64,000 nt of DNA from Ranitomeya imitator (Eukaryota): assembly GCF_032444005.1 (NCBI RefSeq), contig NC_091283.1, positions 612,374,001 to 612,438,000 on the forward strand, written 5' to 3'. Positions 59,890 through 64,000 of this stretch are shown here, one piece after another; position 1 is the stretch's first letter; the number at the start of each line of letters is the position of its first letter. Position numbers and translations under genes: made by a program. The notes under the pieces were generated by a model. The model was not told where the DNA came from. It worked only from the letters and a program-made list of their open reading frames with translations, and made no database searches.

Positions 59890-60750
59890 CCGTACACCCC
59901 ATACACACACGCGGCTCCGCTCCGTCCACCCCATGCACACACGCGGCTCCGCTCCGTCCACCCCATGCACACACGCGGCTCCGCTCCGTCCACCCCATGC
60001 ACACACGCGGCTCCGCTCCGTCCACCCCATGCACACACGCGGCTCCGCTCCGTCCACCCCATGCACACACGCGGCTCCGCTCCGTCCACCCCATGCACAC
60101 ACGCGGCTCCGCTCCGTCCACCCCATGCACACACGCGGCTCCGCTCCGTCCACCCCATGCACACACGCCGCTCCGCTCCGTCCACCCCATGCACACACGC
60201 CGCTCCGCTCCGTCCACCCCATGCACACACGCCGCTCCGCTCCGTCCACCCCATGCACACACGCGGCTCCGCTCCGTCCACCCCATGCACACACGCGGCT
60301 CCGCTCCGTCCACCCCATGCACACACGCGGCTCCGCTCCGTCCACCCCATGCACACACGCGGCTCCGCTCCGTCCACCCCATGCACACACGCGGCTCCGC
60401 TCCGTCCACCCCATGCACACACGCGGCTCCGCTCCGTCCACCCCATGCACACACGCGGCTCCGCTCCGTCCACCCCATGCACACACGCGGCTCCGCTCCG
60501 TCCACCCCATGCACACACGCGGCTCCGCTCCGTCCACCCCATGCACACACGCGGCTCCGCTCCGTCCACCCCATGCACACACGCGGCTCCGCTCCGTCCA
60601 CCCCATGCACACACGCGGCTCCGCTCCGTCCACCCCATGCACACACGCGGCTCCGCTCCGTCCACCCCATGCACACACGCGGCTCCGCTCCGTCCACCCC
60701 ATGCACACACGCGGCTCCGCTCCGTCCACCCCATGCACACACGCGGCTCT
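59890..60750. repeat. 32-bp CpG-rich minisatellite, about 27 copies, in CENPX intron 1
   Basis: Unit GCGGCTCCGCTCCGTCCACCCCATGCACACAC; nearly invariant. Confidence 0.95.
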
Positions 60751-61132
60751 GCTACATCCACACTGTAAACACCGATCATGTGACCCCTGACTCCTCCCCT
60801 CCTGTGACCTCATCACAGGTCCTGTGCGCACAGAGCAGCCAATATGTGGTGTAAGGCTCTGCGGGTGCAGGGATGACCGGCTGATACATTGCACACCTCC
60901 CAACCAGTGCGGGACATACTTGTCCTGGCCGTGACAGCGGGAGAGACAAAATCGTGACAGTCCCGCTGGATCCGGGACGGTTGGGAGGTATGCCGGGTAA
61001 TTTTTAAGCCATCACGTACGCAGTATTCAGTGTCAGAACACACACTTCATGGCGGGACATACAGACGCACCACGCACAGAACTTTATACTCAGTAAGCAC
61101 CTCCATGAGAAGGGACGCAATGTTACACTTGC

Positions 61133-61168
61133 CTTACGAAACTCCACCGACTCTTCTTCCCGCTCCAT
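61133..61168 (-). CDS. CENPX: CENPX exon 1 coding part (MEREEESVEFRK)
   Basis: 12 codons ending FRK like human MEGAGAGSGFRK, with donor AAG|GCAAGT. The five exons total 246 nt, or 81 aa plus stop, the same length as human CENP-X. Confidence 0.9.
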
Positions 61169-61550
61169 CCTTCCTATCTGCCGCTCAACCCTTCTCCTCC
61201 TCTAATTTGTCCACGGAGCTCGGCGAGCAGCTGATTGGTGGATGGGCCTGTCAGTCAAAGAAGTCTCCAGCAATCAATCTCCGGCGGTGCATTCCCAAAC
61301 AGAATTGTAAACACTAGAGCGCGCACTGTAATACACAGGTTTGTCTCCAGCTGTTCTAGTGACAGCACTGAGGGCGGCCATTTTTCCGAAGATAAAAACC
61401 CACTTAGTTTTTATTAGGCGGCGTTTATAAAATGGCATCGGTAATGGAGACATAGGCTCTCTGTAGTAGTCTTCTGGGGCTGACAGATTGAGCTCAGTGC
61501 CTTCCTGGTTACATGTTATGTGTACATGCAGAAAACGATATCTGGCACAG
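61169..61550. promoter_or_regulatory. Putative bidirectional CENPX/LRRC45 promoter and LRRC45 non-coding first exon
   Basis: Lies between divergent genes. Contains an inverted CCAAT (ATTGG 61234-61238), a GC-rich GAGGGCGGCC, and YY1-like GGCCATTTT and AAAATGGC. A strong + strand donor CAG|GTAAGT is at 61551. TSSs were not determined. Confidence 0.5.
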
Positions 61551-62772
61551 GTAAGTGGCTGCCTGGGGAGCTATTTCCATACAGTGCACTATTACACACA
61601 CACACACACACTGACTGGTACTGTAGTGTCCGCAGCTTTGCAATGGCCATATAAGCAAACCCCATAGAAGTGAAAGGGAGTCGGGTGGGCATGTGATTCC
61701 ACAGCAGGTCTCGGTTGCTCTGCCTATACCGTGGAGTTATGGTGAGTGCAATGTTGGCTTTGGTGTTTGTGGTCGCAGTTGTCAGGGCAGTAACCCCACC
61801 TAATGCCAGTTTGGGGGTCCAGTTTGCTGAATGAATAGTCATTACAGGCACCCACTATTCATCAGCTCTCCGCAACCAATGAATATATGAGCTGCACGCT
61901 TAAAAACTTCATTTTTAAAAAAATAAAAAATGTATAATCCCATAACCACTGACAAGGTGACCTCATTTCAGAAGGGTCCATGGTTCTTCAGCTTCGCCTC
62001 TCCATGTTCCTCAGCCATAAATAAATTGGGGAAGGCACAGATCCAAATATAATTTGCTGCAATTAAAATAATCCTGTTAGGATGAGCAGATGTCAGTACA
62101 CGGCTTCATGGCAGGTTCATGCTGCACACGGACATACCTGTGACTGCTCAGGGTCACTGTAGCAGGCAAGTGGAACTAAGTATATAACAATCACTTAGAC
62201 TCTGTGAATTTTCACCATTGTCAATGCTGCAAACCTGCAGGAGTATCCATATGCATTCCTTGCAGATCTGCGGCACATTATATTGACTCACTTCGGGTAG
62301 GATCACAGTGGTCGATTTGCTGCAAATTCTTTTTAGTGAAAAATCGGCAAGGTGGATGAGATTTCGCCTCCTCTCATCCACGTTTTGCATTAAAAAAAAA
62401 TCTGGGTGGCTTATATCCTGTGATGCATTTATTTAACATCTGCAGCAAATCCTACTAGCGCAGCATCCACACATCCGTAAGTCACGCTATGGGTAATGAC
62501 TGGTGTGCGGACTGGCTGCAGGTCTCTTGACCCAAACTTGATAGCCTCCCAGGCATATATAAGGTTCTCAAGTTTGGGTCAAGAGGTTCGCGGTGAGTCC
62601 GTGCGTCACCGTGTGTACTCGTACTATGTCACATGAATGGGAGCATTTTATATACTGGTAGTGTGTGATACTCAGAAGTCCTTTTTTCTTAATACACCTC
62701 TTGTCCCTGTTTGATTATCCTGTAGGTGGAAGAGTTTGAGCAGAGCCGAAATCTTCTGCTAGCACGCAAGTG

Positions 62773-63004
62773 ATGGATGAACTGAAACGGTTATATATCA
62801 TGCTGTGCCAGGAGAAGGGGGCACAACCCCAAGATGCAATACTAAAGGAATTACAGAAGATGAAAGAGTCTTGTGGACAAGGGAAACTGGATTTCTCCAC
62901 CCAGAATCTCTCCATGGAGTCATGCCAGGTCCTGGGTCTCCTCCTGCAGGATGATGTTACCTTCTCACATGTCCTCCTCAGTGACTGCATGCTCAGCGAA
63001 GATG
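62773..63004 (+). CDS. LRRC45: LRRC45 first coding exon
   Basis: MDELKRLYIMLCQEKGAQPQDAIL...LDFSTQNLSMESCQVLG...LSDCMLSEDG versus human [24 protein letters not shown]...LSDCMLSEEG. Acceptor at 62725, donor GTAAGT at 63005. Confidence 0.94.
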
Positions 63005-63087
63005 GTAAGTGCCCAACATTGCCAATAGTATGCACGCCAATGTACTTGTCATTACACATTAGTGAGAGTCCTTGTGTGTTTTCACAG

Positions 63088-63149
63088 GTTTAAAACTTAT
63101 TTTGCAAGGCCTCCGCAATAATTCTGTAGCAAAGTACCTGGATCTGAAG
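63088..63149 (+). CDS. LRRC45: LRRC45 coding exon 2 (62 nt)
   Basis: TTCACAG|...|GTCAGT. Encodes GLKLILQGLRNNSVAKYLDLK. Confidence 0.92.
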
Positions 63150-63223
63150 GTCAGTGTGAATTTATTCGACTTTCCTGAGGTTTTTGGTGGCTTTCTGGAG
63201 TAAAACAATCTGTATTCTTCCAG

Positions 63224-63294
63224 GGTAATAATCTGCGTGGTGAAGGTGCAGAAGCATTGGGGAAGCTCTTGAGACACAACACCTCTGTAACCAG
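63224..63294 (+). CDS. LRRC45: LRRC45 coding exon 3 (71 nt)
   Basis: TTCCAG|...|GTCTGT. Encodes GNNLRGEGAEALGKLLRHNTSVT. Confidence 0.93.
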
Positions 63295-63598
63295 GTCTGT
63301 GATGTCCGGCTTCTGTCTGTTCTCTAACGGTAGTGTCATAGCAGTCCTTATATTATTATTGTATCATTAGAAAAAGAACCTTTTATGCTTCAGACTGAGA
63401 ATGATAAGATGCTGAAATAAGAATCATTGCATGTTTTATAAGTTTTACTACTTATTTATGGAACGCTTAGTGCACATTACAAGGTTCATCTGCCGCCTAG
63501 TGTGCAGGAACCGGTATGCACAATTGTTCCAGGTCGTCATTACGTAGACAGACCAGGTCTACTGCAGGACGTTTTTGAATGTTTGCCATTTATTCCAG

Positions 63599-63777
63599 TC
63601 TGACGTTGGAGTGGAACAACCTCGGCATGTGGGAAGATGGATTTTCCCTTTTGTGCGATGGACTTAGTTGTAACCAAACTCTTCAAAGATTAGATCTCCG
63701 CAACAACCAGATCAACCATAAAGGGGCGGAAGAATTATCCGCAGCGCTGAAACAGAACCTCACTCTACGAGAATTAG
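63599..63777 (+). CDS. LRRC45: LRRC45 coding exon 4 (179 nt)
   Basis: TTCCAG|...|GTATGG. Encodes [16 protein letters not shown]...[19 protein letters not shown]; the gene continues beyond the window. Confidence 0.95.
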
Positions 63778-64000
63778 GTATGGAGTACATAAGTTTCAGA
63801 GTAGCCTCTTGGCGATGTTGGCAGGGTTTCTGGTAATTTGGTGGTCCTCCTGATGAGACATACTTGGTGACATTTGAGGGTTAGCCTGATGCAACATTCA
63901 GTTTTATGTCTGATTGAAGCCGAGCAGAAGACTGGCGGCCCTATATGTAGTTATGACTCATGCATACATACACATTCACAAAACTAATACTTCTATGTAT

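Noticed and set aside
41440-60750. Regularly spaced repeats as a possible CRISPR array
   Set aside because: Units are head-to-tail with no unique spacers, there are no cas genes, and the context is vertebrate.
59817-60903. Six overlapping 267-358-aa ORFs
   Set aside because: All are translations of the 32-bp tandem array, which has no stop codon in any frame.
61030-61317. 95-aa plus-strand ORF at the promoter
   Set aside because: Antisense overlap of CENPX exon 1 and the GC-rich promoter; LRRC45 coding starts at ATG 62773, and the track start at 62770 is a GTG.

Overview
Eukaryotic, transposon-dense vertebrate DNA, very probably an anuran (frog). The organism is inferred from repeat families and gene sequences, not confirmed. 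Three host genes are recognisable in the conserved 17q25-type order. (1) The last four coding exons of ASPSCR1/TUG (+, 15893-24538). (2) A complete five-exon CENPX (-, 61168-38595; 81 aa; GC-AG first intron; 17-kb third intron). (3) The first four coding exons of LRRC45 (+, 62773-63777), head-to-head with CENPX. Between ASPSCR1 and CENPX lies a full-length, apparently intact 5.6-kb DIRS1-type tyrosine-recombinase retrotransposon (32393-37989) with identical ITR cores, an ICR and open gag, RT/RNaseH/MT and YR frames. This is the most interesting object in the window. Its gag appears to be split by two small GT-AG introns, and pol has no usable ATG and follows the gag TGA in the same frame. A phase-1 donor at 34612 could join gag in frame to either pol or YR, suggesting a splicing-programmed retroelement (inference). 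The rest is nested TEs: Tc1 copies, TTAA piggyBac-like and Kolobok/T2 MITEs, TWA Harbinger-like MITEs, non-autonomous Helitrons, solo LTRs with 5- and 6-bp TSDs, L2 fragments, and minisatellites. One minisatellite continues the CENPX reading frame without a stop for over 550 codons. No CRISPR array, rRNA or tRNA was recognised.
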